Origin: Polyangiales bacterium
Lineage (GTDB): Bacteria > Myxococcota_A > Polyangia > Polyangiales > Ga0077539
Reading direction: 5' to 3'
Assembly: GCA_044229975.1 (NCBI GenBank)
Contig: JBGARZ010000006.1
Coordinates: forward strand, 256,001 to 320,000
DNA length: 64,000 bases
Made by a program: the position numbers and the translations under genes. Within the stretch, counting starts at the first letter, position 1. Each line of letters begins with the position of its first letter. The notes under the pieces were generated by a model. The model made no database searches. It saw nothing but the letters and a program-made list of their open reading frames with translations, and was not told the origin of the DNA. Shown one piece after another: positions 9,061 through 18,636 of the stretch.

Positions 9061-9807
9061 ATGCCGAACATCGACACCAGGTGGCCTGCGCAGCACCCCG
9101 ATCGCCTCCAGCTCTACTCGGCGCCCACGGCCAACGGCGCGAAGGTCTCGATCATGCTCGAAGAGGTCGGGCTCCCGTACGAAGCCCACCTCGTGCGCGT
9201 CGACCTCGGTGAGCAGATGTCGCCCGAGTTTCTCGCGATCAACCCCAACAACAAGATCCCCGCCATCGTCGACCCCGACGGGCCCGGCGGCCGATCGCTC
9301 ACGCTGTTCGAGTCGGGCGCGATTCTCGTCTACCTCGCGGAGAAGACCGGGCGGCTCCTGCCCGCGGATGCTGCCGAGCGCTACGAGACCCTTCAGTGGT
9401 TGATGTTCCAGATGAGCGGCGTCGGGCCGATGTTTGGGCAGGTGGGGTTCTTCCACCGCTTCGGCGGCAAGGACTACGAAGACAAGCGACCGCGCGACCG
9501 CTACGTCGCCGAGGCCCGTCGCCTGCTCGCGGTGCTCGACCAACGCCTCGACGGCCGGCGCTGGATCATGGGCGACGCGTACGGCATCGCCGACGTCGCG
9601 ACCTTCCCGTGGGTGCGTACGCTCATGGGTTTCTACGACGCGGGCGAGCTCGTCGGCATCGGTGACTTCCCCAACGTGCTGCGCGCGCTCGATGCGTTCG
9701 TGGCGCGCCCGGCGGTGGTGCGCGGGCTCGCGGTGCCGGCGGGCATCAACCCAGCGCGGCTGGTGCCTTCGCCCGACCCGAGCGACCGACCACCGCCAGC
9801 AGCGTGA
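9061..9807 (+). CDS. Glutathione S-transferase, YfcG/YghU-like
   Basis: 'TANGAKVSIMLEE', 'NPNNKIPAIVD', 'LFESGAILVYLAEK', 'QWLMFQMSGVGPMFGQ'. Confidence 0.92.
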   Translation: MPNIDTRWPAQHPDRLQLYSAPTANGAKVSIMLEEVGLPYEAHLVRVDLGEQMSPEFLAINPNNKIPAIVDPDGPGGRSLTLFESGAILVYLAEKTGRLLPADAAERYETLQWLMFQMSGVGPMFGQVGFFHRFGGKDYEDKRPRDRYVAEARRLLAVLDQRLDGRRWIMGDAYGIADVATFPWVRTLMGFYDAGELVGIGDFPNVLRALDAFVARPAVVRGLAVPAGINPARLVPSPDPSDRPPPAA

Positions 9808-10627
9808 GCGCGAAGGGCAGCGCCTGGAGCACCACCGTCGGAACACGCCCACCGCTCGCCAGCGTCGCCTCCAGCGCGGACAGCGCGCCGATGCCCACCG
9901 CCCACAACGCGGCGCGAGTCGGGTTCCAGCGACCGAGGATGACGGCCGCCACCGCGAGGAAGCCGCGACCGCCGCTCATGCCCGCCACGAAGGCGTGCTG
10001 GTGCAAGCCCAACTGCGCACCACCGAGCGCCGCCATCGCGCCGCCCATCGCGAGCGCCGCCGTCTGAACGCCCACCACCGGAACACCCTGCGCCCGCGCC
10101 GCCGTCGGATGCTCGCCGCACGCCGTGATGCGCAGCCCGAGCACCGTGCGTGAGAGCAGCCACCATGTGAAGAGCACCAGCAGCGGCGCGAGGAAGACCG
10201 TCGGCGTGGTGAGCGCGTCGTGCAGCGCCGTCCACGCGAGCGACGACCCGCGCGATCCTTCGGCCGTGGGCATCGTCGGGCTGTTGGACGCCGACCCGTA
10301 GAGCACCTTGAGGGCGGCGCGCGTTCCGGCGACGGCGAGGAGGTTGAAGGCGATGCCGACCACCACGGAGCTGGCCCGCTGCCGCACCGCGAATACCGCG
10401 AAGAGTAAGCCCGCGAGCGCTCCGGCGAGGGCGGCGGCGAGCAGCGCGATGACCGTCGACCCGGTCGCGAGCCCGACGGTCACCGCCGCGAACGCGCCCA
10501 CCAGCAGGTACGCTTCGAGCGCGAGCATCACCATGCCCGCGCGCTCGGACAGAACACCCCCGAGCGTCGCCAGCACCAGCGGCGTCGCGGCGCTCAGCAC
10601 CTGCGCGATGAACACCAGCAGCATCAT
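9746..10627 (-). CDS. ABC transporter permease (nucleoside/sugar type)
   Basis: 'ATPLVLATLGGVLSERAG', 'GLRITACGEHP', 'GRGFLAVAAVILGRWNP'; 3' end overlaps GST by 62 nt. Confidence 0.85.
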   Translation of the reverse strand: MMLLVFIAQVLSAATPLVLATLGGVLSERAGMVMLALEAYLLVGAFAAVTVGLATGSTVIALLAAALAGALAGLLFAVFAVRQRASSVVVGIAFNLLAVAGTRAALKVLYGSASNSPTMPTAEGSRGSSLAWTALHDALTTPTVFLAPLLVLFTWWLLSRTVLGLRITACGEHPTAARAQGVPVVGVQTAALAMGGAMAALGGAQLGLHQHAFVAGMSGGRGFLAVAAVILGRWNPTRAALWAVGIGALSALEATLASGGRVPTVVLQALPFALTLLAVVGRSGRAKAPAALG

Positions 10628-11646
10628 CGGCGGCCTCCGAGCGAACCGGCGCCGACAACAGCCACCGCGATGAGCGTCGCGGCCTGCACCACGACGAGCG
10701 CGTCGGACGGGACCACTGCGTTCACCGTCAGCGCGCCCTGCGCGAGGAAGCCGAAGAGCACCGCTGCCATCGCGACGCCCAACGGTCTTGATGCGCCGAG
10801 GAGCGCGACGGCCATGCCGGTGAAGCCGACGCCGGTGCCGAGGCCGTGCTCGGCGTAGCCCTTCACACCGAGGACGAGGTGTGACGCCGCGAGGCCAGCG
10901 AGCGCGCCCGACAGCGCCATCGCGCGGACGGTGGTGCGCGCCGGGTCGATGCCGAGGGCGGCGGATGCGCCGGGGGATGATCCGAGCGCGCGGAGGGTGA
11001 GTCCGCCGCGGGTGCGTTCGAGGTACCAGCCGACGGTGGCGAGCGCGACGAGGCCGAGGAGGAACGAGGCGTTGAGGCCGCTGCCGCGGAAGGCGTGGAG
11101 GAGGGTTCCGGCCATGGGGAAGCGGGCATGGGCGATGACGTCGCGGGTGTGCACCTGGGCGCCGTCGCGGAGTGGTCCGCCGTAGAGCCAGGTGACGGCC
11201 ACGGCCATGAGGCCGTTGAGCATGAGGGTGCTGAGGACCTCGTGGGTTCCGAAGCGCCCGCGGAGCCAGCCGGCGAAGGCGCCGAGCGAAGCGCCCGCGG
11301 CGGCGGCAGCGGCGAGACAGATGGGGATGGCGAGGAGTGATGGCGTCGCGGCAGGGAGCGCTGCGCCGACGACCGCGCAGGAGAGGACTCCGGCGAGGCA
11401 CTGGCCTTCGGCGCCGACATTGAAGAGGCGGGCGCGGAGTGCGACGGCGACGGCGGCGCCGGTCCAGAGGAGCGGAGTGGCCTTGGCGAGGGTCTGCGCG
11501 AGGCCGTAGGAGGAGCCGAGGGTTCCGGCGACCATCATGGCCAGCACGCGGCGGGGAGAGGCGCCCGCGAGCCAGACCGAGAGGTTCATGGTGGTGAGCA
11601 CCGCGGCGGCGGCGGCCACCACCGCCAGCGCGCGAGGACGACTCAC
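10624..11646 (-). CDS. ABC transporter permease (nucleoside/sugar type)
   Basis: 'ATPLLWTG', 'LFNVGAEGQ', 'HEVLSTLMLN', 'GFTGMAVALLG'; stop overlaps next start. Confidence 0.85.
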   Translation of the reverse strand: MSRPRALAVVAAAAAVLTTMNLSVWLAGASPRRVLAMMVAGTLGSSYGLAQTLAKATPLLWTGAAVAVALRARLFNVGAEGQCLAGVLSCAVVGAALPAATPSLLAIPICLAAAAAAGASLGAFAGWLRGRFGTHEVLSTLMLNGLMAVAVTWLYGGPLRDGAQVHTRDVIAHARFPMAGTLLHAFRGSGLNASFLLGLVALATVGWYLERTRGGLTLRALGSSPGASAALGIDPARTTVRAMALSGALAGLAASHLVLGVKGYAEHGLGTGVGFTGMAVALLGASRPLGVAMAAVLFGFLAQGALTVNAVVPSDALVVVQAATLIAVAVVGAGSLGGRR

Positions 11647-11701
11647 AGCGGGCGACGGTACCCGTTGACACGGCCGCGCGCGACCGCGCAGATTTTTGTC
11701 C

Positions 11702-12646
11702 ATGCCCGACCCGATCGTGCGTGCCCGCGGCCGCGGCTGCGTCGTTCAGCTCGTCTCCCTCGTCGTCGCGGTGGGGGTCGTGGGCGTCTTCCTCGTGGTG
11801 GCGATGGGGGCAGGCTCGCTCGCGCCCGGCGATGGCGTCTCGCAGCTCGCCGTGTTCGGCGCGTGCTTCCTCGCACTCATCGTCGCCTTCGCCGTCGGCG
11901 CGGTGATGTTCGCCGCGGGCCGCTCGCGGGTGCTCGACCCGGGCTTCGCGCAGCTCGGTATCGCGGGCGCCGGCTCGCTGCCCAACCTCCGCGAGTACCA
12001 CGGCACCTGGAGCGGTCGCGCCGTCGACGCGCTCTACGTCCGTCGCGGTCCGCTGCTGGAGACCAGCGTCGACGCCCGCATCCATGGCGCGTTGGCGGTC
12101 GGCACGCGCACGGGCGTCGGTGACCTCGTGCGCGGGGCCCTCGGGCTGCCGACCATCACCCTCCACGACCCGGCGTTTGCGCACCTCACGGTCGCCGCCG
12201 CGGACGGCGCGTGGGCCGCCGCCGTGCTCGCCACGCCTGCCGTGCGCGATGGTGTGCTGCGCGCCATGCACGACCCGACGGGCCGCGAGCACCGCGTCGT
12301 GGCGATACGGCCGGGCGCCGTGCGGATGACCCGTCGCTTCTTCGATCCTGCGCGCGCGGTCGGCGAGGTGGCCCCCATGGTCGCGCTGCTGTCGTCCATC
12401 GGTGCCGCGGTCGAGGCGCTCCCGCCGCCGTCGTCGCCGGTCGCCCTCACGGACTTCGAGCGCATGGCCCGCAAGGCGCCCGGCGCGATGGGCGCCCGCG
12501 TCGTCGTATGGCTCCTCGTCGGGGTGCTGCTCGTCGTGGCGGTGGTGTCCATCGCCGTCATGGTCGCGGCCCCCAGCCTCGCGCGACCCGTCGGCGGCTC
12601 CGACCCGACCACCGTGCCATGGGGCGGACGGCATCACCGGCGGTAG
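11702..12646 (+). CDS. Hypothetical membrane protein
   Basis: Two N-terminal and one C-terminal TM helices, GC3-rich codon usage. Confidence 0.6.
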   Translation: MPDPIVRARGRGCVVQLVSLVVAVGVVGVFLVVAMGAGSLAPGDGVSQLAVFGACFLALIVAFAVGAVMFAAGRSRVLDPGFAQLGIAGAGSLPNLREYHGTWSGRAVDALYVRRGPLLETSVDARIHGALAVGTRTGVGDLVRGALGLPTITLHDPAFAHLTVAAADGAWAAAVLATPAVRDGVLRAMHDPTGREHRVVAIRPGAVRMTRRFFDPARAVGEVAPMVALLSSIGAAVEALPPPSSPVALTDFERMARKAPGAMGARVVVWLLVGVLLVVAVVSIAVMVAAPSLARPVGGSDPTTVPWGGRHHRR

Positions 12647-12697
12647 CGGCGCTTGCCACCGGGCGCTCGCGGGTGCTCACTCCGCGACACCCTCGCG

Positions 12698-14047
12698 ATG
12701 GACCTCTTCGACCGCAAGAAGCCGAGCGCCCCCGTCGACGAGCCCGAGGAGATCGTCGCGCCCGACGCGCCGCTCGCCGACCGCATGCGACCGCGCACCC
12801 TCGATGAGCTCATCGGCCACGACGAGGCCCTCGGCCCCACCACCTCGCTGGGCCGCGCCATCCGCGCCGATCGCTCGCCCTCCATCATCCTCTGGGGCCC
12901 ACCGGGGTGCGGCAAGACCACCGTCGCGCGCGCCATCGCCGCGCACTCCAGCGCCCGCTTCGCGCAGCTCTCCGCCGTGCTCTCGGGCGTCGCCGAGGTG
13001 CGGCAGGCCATCGCCCGCGCCGAGCACGAGCGCACCATGGGGCGGCGCACGGTGCTCTTCATCGACGAGATCCACCGCTTCAACCGCGCGCAGCAGGACG
13101 CGCTGCTCCCGCACGTCGAGGCCGGCGTCGTCACGCTGGTCGGCGCCACCACCGAGAACCCGTCGTTCGCCATCAACAGCGCCGTGCTCTCTCGCGCGCA
13201 GGTGGTGCGGCTCGATCCGCTGCGCCCGGAGTCGCTGGTGCTGGTGCTGCGGCGCGCGCTCGACGACCGCGAGCGCGGCCTCGGCAAGCTGGAGATGACC
13301 GCGACGGACGAGGCGCTGGAGGCCATCGCGCGGTGGTCGGACGGCGACGCGCGTCGGGCGCTGACGCTGCTCGACCACATGGCGCGCGAGCGGGCGGCGC
13401 TGGGCATCGCGGCGCTGACGGTGGGCGACGTCGAGGCGGCTGCGCGCTCGAAGAACCTCCGCTACGACAAGTCCGGCGAGGAGCACTACAACCTGGCGAG
13501 CGCGTTCATCAAGAGCCTGCGGGGGAGCGACCCCGACGCGGCGCTCTACTGGGGTCTGCGCATGATCGAGAGCGGCGATGATCCGCGCTTCGTGCTGCGC
13601 CGCATGATCATCTTCGCGTCGGAGGACATCGGGCTCGCTGATTCGCGCGCGCTGGAGATCGCGGTGGCGGCCGACCGGGCGTTCGAGCGGCTGGGGGTGC
13701 CGGAGGGGTTGATCCCGCTGGCGCACGCGGTGACGTACCTGGCGGTGGCGCCGAAATCGAAGGCGGCGTACCGCGCGCTGCGGGCGGTGCAGGGCGCGAT
13801 ACAGGAGCACGGGACGCTGCCGGTGCCGATGCGGTTGCGGAATGCGCCGACGGCGGCGATGAAGGAGTGGGGCTACGGCGAGGGGTATCGCGACCCGCAC
13901 GCGGGCGAAGGTGGCTTCGTGGCGGAGCGGTACCTGCCCGAAGAGATGGGCAACACGACGTGGTACGAGCCGACGACGCACGGGACCGAAGCGCGCGTGC
14001 GGGAGCACCTGACGAAGCTGCGAGCGAGGGCGACGCGAGGGGAGTGA
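12698..14047 (+). CDS. rarA: Replication-associated recombination protein A (RarA/MgsA)
   Basis: 'PLADRMRP', 'WGPPGCGKTT', 'FIDEIHRFN', 'GATTENPSF', 'SAFIKSLRGSDPDAA', 'ASEDIG'. Confidence 0.95.
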   Translation: MDLFDRKKPSAPVDEPEEIVAPDAPLADRMRPRTLDELIGHDEALGPTTSLGRAIRADRSPSIILWGPPGCGKTTVARAIAAHSSARFAQLSAVLSGVAEVRQAIARAEHERTMGRRTVLFIDEIHRFNRAQQDALLPHVEAGVVTLVGATTENPSFAINSAVLSRAQVVRLDPLRPESLVLVLRRALDDRERGLGKLEMTATDEALEAIARWSDGDARRALTLLDHMARERAALGIAALTVGDVEAAARSKNLRYDKSGEEHYNLASAFIKSLRGSDPDAALYWGLRMIESGDDPRFVLRRMIIFASEDIGLADSRALEIAVAADRAFERLGVPEGLIPLAHAVTYLAVAPKSKAAYRALRAVQGAIQEHGTLPVPMRLRNAPTAAMKEWGYGEGYRDPHAGEGGFVAERYLPEEMGNTTWYEPTTHGTEARVREHLTKLRARATRGE

Positions 14048-15042
14048 AGATGGTCACCATGGGTCGTGCGTCTCGGTGGGTGAGCGGTTGGCTGGTGGCC
14101 GTGATGGTCGGCTGCGGCGGCGAGATCGCCACGCCCATCGATCCAGAGATCGACCAGCATCCGAGCATCCCCGAGGACGCCGAGCTCGCCGAGGGGGCCG
14201 ACGTCCCGCTGCTGCCGCCCATCGTCGACGAGGTCGACGCCGCGGTCGCAGAGGACGTGTCCGTGGCGGAAGACGTCGCACTCGTGGTCATCGACGTCCC
14301 GGCGAGGGCGGACGTGCGCGCGGTGGTCGACGTGCGCGTGGTGGTTGATGTGCCCGCACCGCGGGACGTGCCTGTGACGCCGCCACGCTGCGTGGGCTCA
14401 GCCTCGGGTCAGTCGAACATCTGGACCTGCACCGTGGGCGAGCGTTCGCGTCAGCGTTGTGTCTCGGGGCGCGTCGAGACCGACGCCTGCGATCACGGTT
14501 GCCTGCACCGCCCGTCGGGCACCAACGACGTCTGCGCCGCGGCACCTCCGCCTGCGCCCACGCTCCCCGGCTGTGCGCGTCGCTCGCTTCTGCACTGGGG
14601 TCTGCACCCCGATGCGTCCGATCGGCTGCGGTGCGCGGGCGTCCCCGCCGAACGCATCACGCAGACCATCGGCAACGCCGCCGCTTCCGCGGGCACCCAC
14701 GCCGCCGACGGAACCGCCAGCGGACTCGCCTACTCCGCCGCGACGGACATCTCGACGCGCGGGCTCTCGACGGCCGACATCCACGCGCTGCTCGACCGCC
14801 TCGCCAACCAGGGCTTCGCGGCGTGGTACCGCTGGCCCGGTCACGACGGCTGGCCTTCGAGCGAGGCGCCGCACATCCACGCGATCTACGTCGGCTGTCG
14901 GATGAAGGCGTCGCTGCGCAGCCAGGTCACGAGCTGGCTCGCCGGCCGCAACGGCCTCGTCAGCAACACGCTCTATGGCTTCCACTCATGGACGACGGCG
15001 CAGCGCTCGCTCATCCGCACCGTCTACGAGCGCTTCAACTAG
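14044..15042 (+). CDS. Lipoprotein with C-terminal M15/LAS-like zinc peptidase domain
   Basis: Lipobox 'VMVGC', low-complexity linker, Cys-rich module, 'SAGTH...ATD' and 'HIH' motifs; GTGA overlap with rarA stop. Confidence 0.55.
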   Translation: MKMVTMGRASRWVSGWLVAVMVGCGGEIATPIDPEIDQHPSIPEDAELAEGADVPLLPPIVDEVDAAVAEDVSVAEDVALVVIDVPARADVRAVVDVRVVVDVPAPRDVPVTPPRCVGSASGQSNIWTCTVGERSRQRCVSGRVETDACDHGCLHRPSGTNDVCAAAPPPAPTLPGCARRSLLHWGLHPDASDRLRCAGVPAERITQTIGNAAASAGTHAADGTASGLAYSAATDISTRGLSTADIHALLDRLANQGFAAWYRWPGHDGWPSSEAPHIHAIYVGCRMKASLRSQVTSWLAGRNGLVSNTLYGFHSWTTAQRSLIRTVYERFN

Positions 15043-15712
15043 CGCCCGGTCGTCGCGCCGCCGCCGGGAGGTCGCGCCAGCGCGCCAGCACTGATTCGTT
15101 GACCGGGTCTTCTCCCCGCATCCGCATCGCGGCGCACGGAAACGCGTCGTACCCCCAGAACAACTCCCCATCGACCAGCAGCGTGGGCACCCCGAACACG
15201 CCGCGCGCGACCGCCTCTTCCGTCCGCGTCCGCACCCGCGCCTTCACATCATCCCTCCCGGCCCCGCGCACCGCGGCCTCGCCGTCGATGCCCGCGCGCG
15301 AGAGCACTCCCGCAACGATCGCCGGATCGATCACGCCGGGCCCGTCGCCCCAGGTCGCGTCGAAGAGCGCGTCGATCACCGAGCGTCGCGTCGGCTCGTC
15401 GAAGTCGAGGCTCGCGACGCGCAACGCCAGCAGCGGATTGAACGGATGCGCGGGCGGCGGGACGAGCGTCACCCCGGCCATCGACGCGCGGCGCAACGCG
15501 TCCTTGAAGATGTACTCGCGCTTGGCCGGAACCTCCGCAGGACCTTTGGTTCCGTGCGCGTCGAGCAGCGCCGCGAAGAGGATGGGCACCGGCTCGACGG
15601 AGCGCCCGTGCTCGGCGGCGAGCGCATGGACGCCCTTCCACGCGAGGTACGCGTACGGCGAGATGAAGTCGAAATACAACCGGATGGGCTCACCGCTCGC
15701 CATGGTCGGCAT
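15035..15712 (-). CDS. 2-hydroxychromene-2-carboxylate isomerase / DsbA (GST-kappa) family
   Basis: 'YFDFISPYAYL', 'HPFNPL', 'GVFGVPT', 'LFWG'. Confidence 0.9.
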   Translation of the reverse strand: MPTMASGEPIRLYFDFISPYAYLAWKGVHALAAEHGRSVEPVPILFAALLDAHGTKGPAEVPAKREYIFKDALRRASMAGVTLVPPPAHPFNPLLALRVASLDFDEPTRRSVIDALFDATWGDGPGVIDPAIVAGVLSRAGIDGEAAVRGAGRDDVKARVRTRTEEAVARGVFGVPTLLVDGELFWGYDAFPCAAMRMRGEDPVNESVLARWRDLPAAARRPGAS

Positions 15713-15797
15713 TGGTCACACGAACCCGCTGGGCCGGTCCATCCCCTGTAAGCCCGTAGACCTGTTGCGCGTTTGCTCCGTCGAAGGAGCCACCGCC

Positions 15798-16721
15798 ATG
15801 CCACTCGCCCACCTCCGTTCGCTCGCCCTCGCGCTTCCGTTCCTCGCCGCGTGTGGCCCTTCGCTCCACGGCACCGTCACCGACCTCACCCGCGTCACCG
15901 TCGTCACCGCCGTGCCTGCTCCCACCAACGACCCGCTCGTCGTCGCGACGGCACCGTCATCACTGCGCTGCCCCGCTCCATCGCGCGCCCTCGCCGGAAC
16001 GCCCGTCGCCCTCCACACCACCGGCTCCGCGCCCGGCGCGCGCGTGCGATGGTCGGTGTCCGCCGCGCCCGGCGACACCCGCGCGTATCGCTTCGCCGAG
16101 CGTTACCTCGACACCGACACCGACTCGGTGGTCGCGCAGGGCGTCGACGTCCCGTTCACGTCGGTCATCGTCGGTGACTTCACGGTCCACGCCGAGACCC
16201 GCAACCCCGACGGAACCACCGCCGAATGCGACACCACCGTCTCGATGCTGGGCCACGGCTTCCGCGTCGAGCTCTCCTGGAACACCCAGGGCACCGACGT
16301 CGACCTCCACACCCTGAGCGACCCCGAGTCGCGCTGGTTCACGCCCGCGGACTGCTACTTCGGCAACCGCCAGCCCGACACGTCCTTCGGTGACGAGGGC
16401 CGCCGCCGCTGGCTCGACACCGACGACACCGACGGTGAGGGTCCTGAGAACATCCGCGTCGACACGCCCGAGGTCGACCACGACTACGAGGTGGCGGTTC
16501 ACTACTACTCGTCGCACGGGCAGCAGGCGCTCACCCACGCGACGGTGGTGATCTACTGCGGCGAGCAGCGCGTCGCCCGCTTCGAGCGCGACCTCGACGG
16601 CAACCGCGGCGGCGACAACGACTTCTGGCGCGTCGCCGCGGTGCGCTTCGGCGGCCCCGAGGTCTGCGCGGTGCGACCCATCCAGCAGGTGGTCCCCGCG
16701 TCGCAGGTGCGCGTCCGCTGA
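15798..16721 (+). CDS. Lipoprotein with YfaP/DUF2135-like domain
   Basis: Lipobox 'LAAC'; 'VELSWNTQGTDVDLH', 'LDTDDTDGEGPENI', 'YEVAVHYY'. Confidence 0.75.
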   Translation: MPLAHLRSLALALPFLAACGPSLHGTVTDLTRVTVVTAVPAPTNDPLVVATAPSSLRCPAPSRALAGTPVALHTTGSAPGARVRWSVSAAPGDTRAYRFAERYLDTDTDSVVAQGVDVPFTSVIVGDFTVHAETRNPDGTTAECDTTVSMLGHGFRVELSWNTQGTDVDLHTLSDPESRWFTPADCYFGNRQPDTSFGDEGRRRWLDTDDTDGEGPENIRVDTPEVDHDYEVAVHYYSSHGQQALTHATVVIYCGEQRVARFERDLDGNRGGDNDFWRVAAVRFGGPEVCAVRPIQQVVPASQVRVR

Positions 16722-16815
16722 ACGACCCACCGCTCAACCCCCTACGTTCGTCCGTACCCTTGCGACCCCTGCGCCCTTGCGGCTTCGTTCCGTCGTCCGT
16801 AGCGCGCCGCCCTAC

Positions 16816-17574
16816 TCACGGCCGCCGCGCCACCACCAGCGTCCGCGGTCGCGCCGCCGACAGCCCCGCCCCATCGAAGCCGCCGTAGCCGCGCTCCACC
16901 TCGAAGCCCGCCGCCCGCAGCATCATCCGTATCTCCGTGTACGCGTAGACCCGCACCGAGAACGTCACCGTCCGCGTCCTCCCTCCGCGCACCGTCGTCC
17001 GCGTGTCGACCAGTCGCCCGCTCTCCAGATCAAACCGCTGCCGGTCGATCATCAGATCACCGCCCGCCTCGGTCACGCTCACCGGCGCCAACCGCGTCAC
17101 GAACTCCCTCGTCCGCAGGTCCAACAGCAACCGCCCGCCCGGCTTGAGCATCGCGAATACGTTGCGGAGTATTCCCATCTGCCCGTCATCGTCGAACCAC
17201 CCGAACGCGTCGAACAGACACACCGCCCCCTCGAACACCGCTTCGTTCACCGCAAAGGTCCGCACGTCCCCATGAACGAAGTCCGCCCGTAGCCCTTCGC
17301 GTGTCGCGGCCTCCTTCGCCATCGCGACGAAGCCCTCCACCAGATCGACGCCCACCACCGGAAACCCTCTGCGCGCGAAGGCCAGCGCGTGCCGTCCGTG
17401 ACCGCACCCGAGGTCGATCACCGGCGCTCCCGCCCGCAGCGACAGTGCCTTCACGGCGAAGTCCACCTGCCCTTCGGTGTCCTCGGCGCGCAGGGTCTCG
17501 TCGAGGAAATGCAGGTACTCCTCCGGGTCGAAGAGCTCGTCGAAGCGGAACGTCCCTGCGGTCTCGTTGCTCAC
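16816..17574 (-). CDS. Class I SAM-dependent methyltransferase
   Basis: '[10 protein letters not shown]', 'GVD', '[10 protein letters not shown]'. Confidence 0.9.
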   Translation of the reverse strand: MSNETAGTFRFDELFDPEEYLHFLDETLRAEDTEGQVDFAVKALSLRAGAPVIDLGCGHGRHALAFARRGFPVVGVDLVEGFVAMAKEAATREGLRADFVHGDVRTFAVNEAVFEGAVCLFDAFGWFDDDGQMGILRNVFAMLKPGGRLLLDLRTREFVTRLAPVSVTEAGGDLMIDRQRFDLESGRLVDTRTTVRGGRTRTVTFSVRVYAYTEIRMMLRAAGFEVERGYGGFDGAGLSAARPRTLVVARRP

Positions 17575-17627
17575 GGCCGCGCAGCCTACCGCCCCGCACG
17601 CACGACGGTGTAAGGTCCGCGCCCATC

Positions 17628-18617
17628 ATGGACGCGACCCTTCCGCCCGAGCACCCCATCCGCCACGACTGGAACGTCTCCGAAGTCGTCGCCCTCCACG
17701 ACCTTCCCCTGCTCGATCTGTTGCACCGCGCGCAGACCGTCCACCGCGCGTTTCACCCGCCCGACGCCGTCCAGCTCTGCACCCTGCTCTCCGTGAAGAC
17801 GGGCGGTTGTCCCGAGGACTGCTCCTACTGCCCGCAGAGCTCGAAGTACGAGTCGCCCGTCGAGACCGAGAAGATGCTCGACGTGGAGTCGGTCATCGCT
17901 TCGGCCCGTCGCGCGCGCGAGGCCGGCAGCACCCGCTTCTGCATGGGCGCGGCGTGGCGCGAGGTGAAGGAAGGCCCCGCGTTCGACAAGGTGCTCACCA
18001 TGGTGCGCGGGGTGAAGGAGCTCGGCCTCGAAGCGTGCTGCACCCTCGGGATGCTCAACGAGTCGCAGGCGAAGTCCCTCAAGGAAGCCGGACTCGACGC
18101 GTACAACCACAACCTCGACTCCTCCAAGGAGTTCTACGGGACGATCATCACCACGCGCGCCTACGAAGACCGGCTGCGCACGCTCGACAACGTCCGCAAG
18201 GCGGGCATCACCGTGTGCTCGGGCGGCATCATCGGCATGGGCGAGACCACCCGCGACCGCGCCCGCATGCTCGTCACGCTCGCCAACCTCGACCCGCACC
18301 CCGAGAGCGTCCCCATCAACGCCCTCGTCCCCGTCGAAGGCACGCCCCTCGCCGATCGCCCGCCCGTCGACCCCGTCGAGCTCGTTCGCATGATCGCCGC
18401 CGCGCGCATCATGATGCCGCGCTCGATGGTTCGCTTGAGCGCGGGTCGCACATCACTCTCCCGCGAGGCGCAGCTCCTCTGCATGATGGCCGGCGCCAAC
18501 TCGCTCTTCTACGGCGACAAGCTGCTCACCACCCCCAACCCCGACACCGACGACGACGCGCGGCTGCTCCGCGACGCGGGCCTGCGACCGCTCGCCCCCG
18601 CCGTCCACGCGGGCTGA
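17628..18617 (+). CDS. bioB: Biotin synthase
   Basis: '[15 protein letters not shown]' radical-SAM motif, 'RFCMGAAWR', 'YNHNLD', 'PESVPIN', 'YGDKLLTT'. Confidence 0.97.
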   Translation: MDATLPPEHPIRHDWNVSEVVALHDLPLLDLLHRAQTVHRAFHPPDAVQLCTLLSVKTGGCPEDCSYCPQSSKYESPVETEKMLDVESVIASARRAREAGSTRFCMGAAWREVKEGPAFDKVLTMVRGVKELGLEACCTLGMLNESQAKSLKEAGLDAYNHNLDSSKEFYGTIITTRAYEDRLRTLDNVRKAGITVCSGGIIGMGETTRDRARMLVTLANLDPHPESVPINALVPVEGTPLADRPPVDPVELVRMIAAARIMMPRSMVRLSAGRTSLSREAQLLCMMAGANSLFYGDKLLTTPNPDTDDDARLLRDAGLRPLAPAVHAG

Positions 18618-18636
18618 ACCGCTCCGCTCATTTCCG

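Noticed and set aside
9746..12637. Long N-terminal extensions in the ORF track (963-aa permease, 1598-aa GltD, 754-aa lipoprotein, 700-aa SWIM)
   Set aside because: The extensions overlap other genes; real starts are downstream, supported by signal peptides, RBS or stop-start overlaps
16737..16790. Short cc(c/t)tgcg tandem motif between convergent genes
   Set aside because: Only three short degenerate units; not enough to assign
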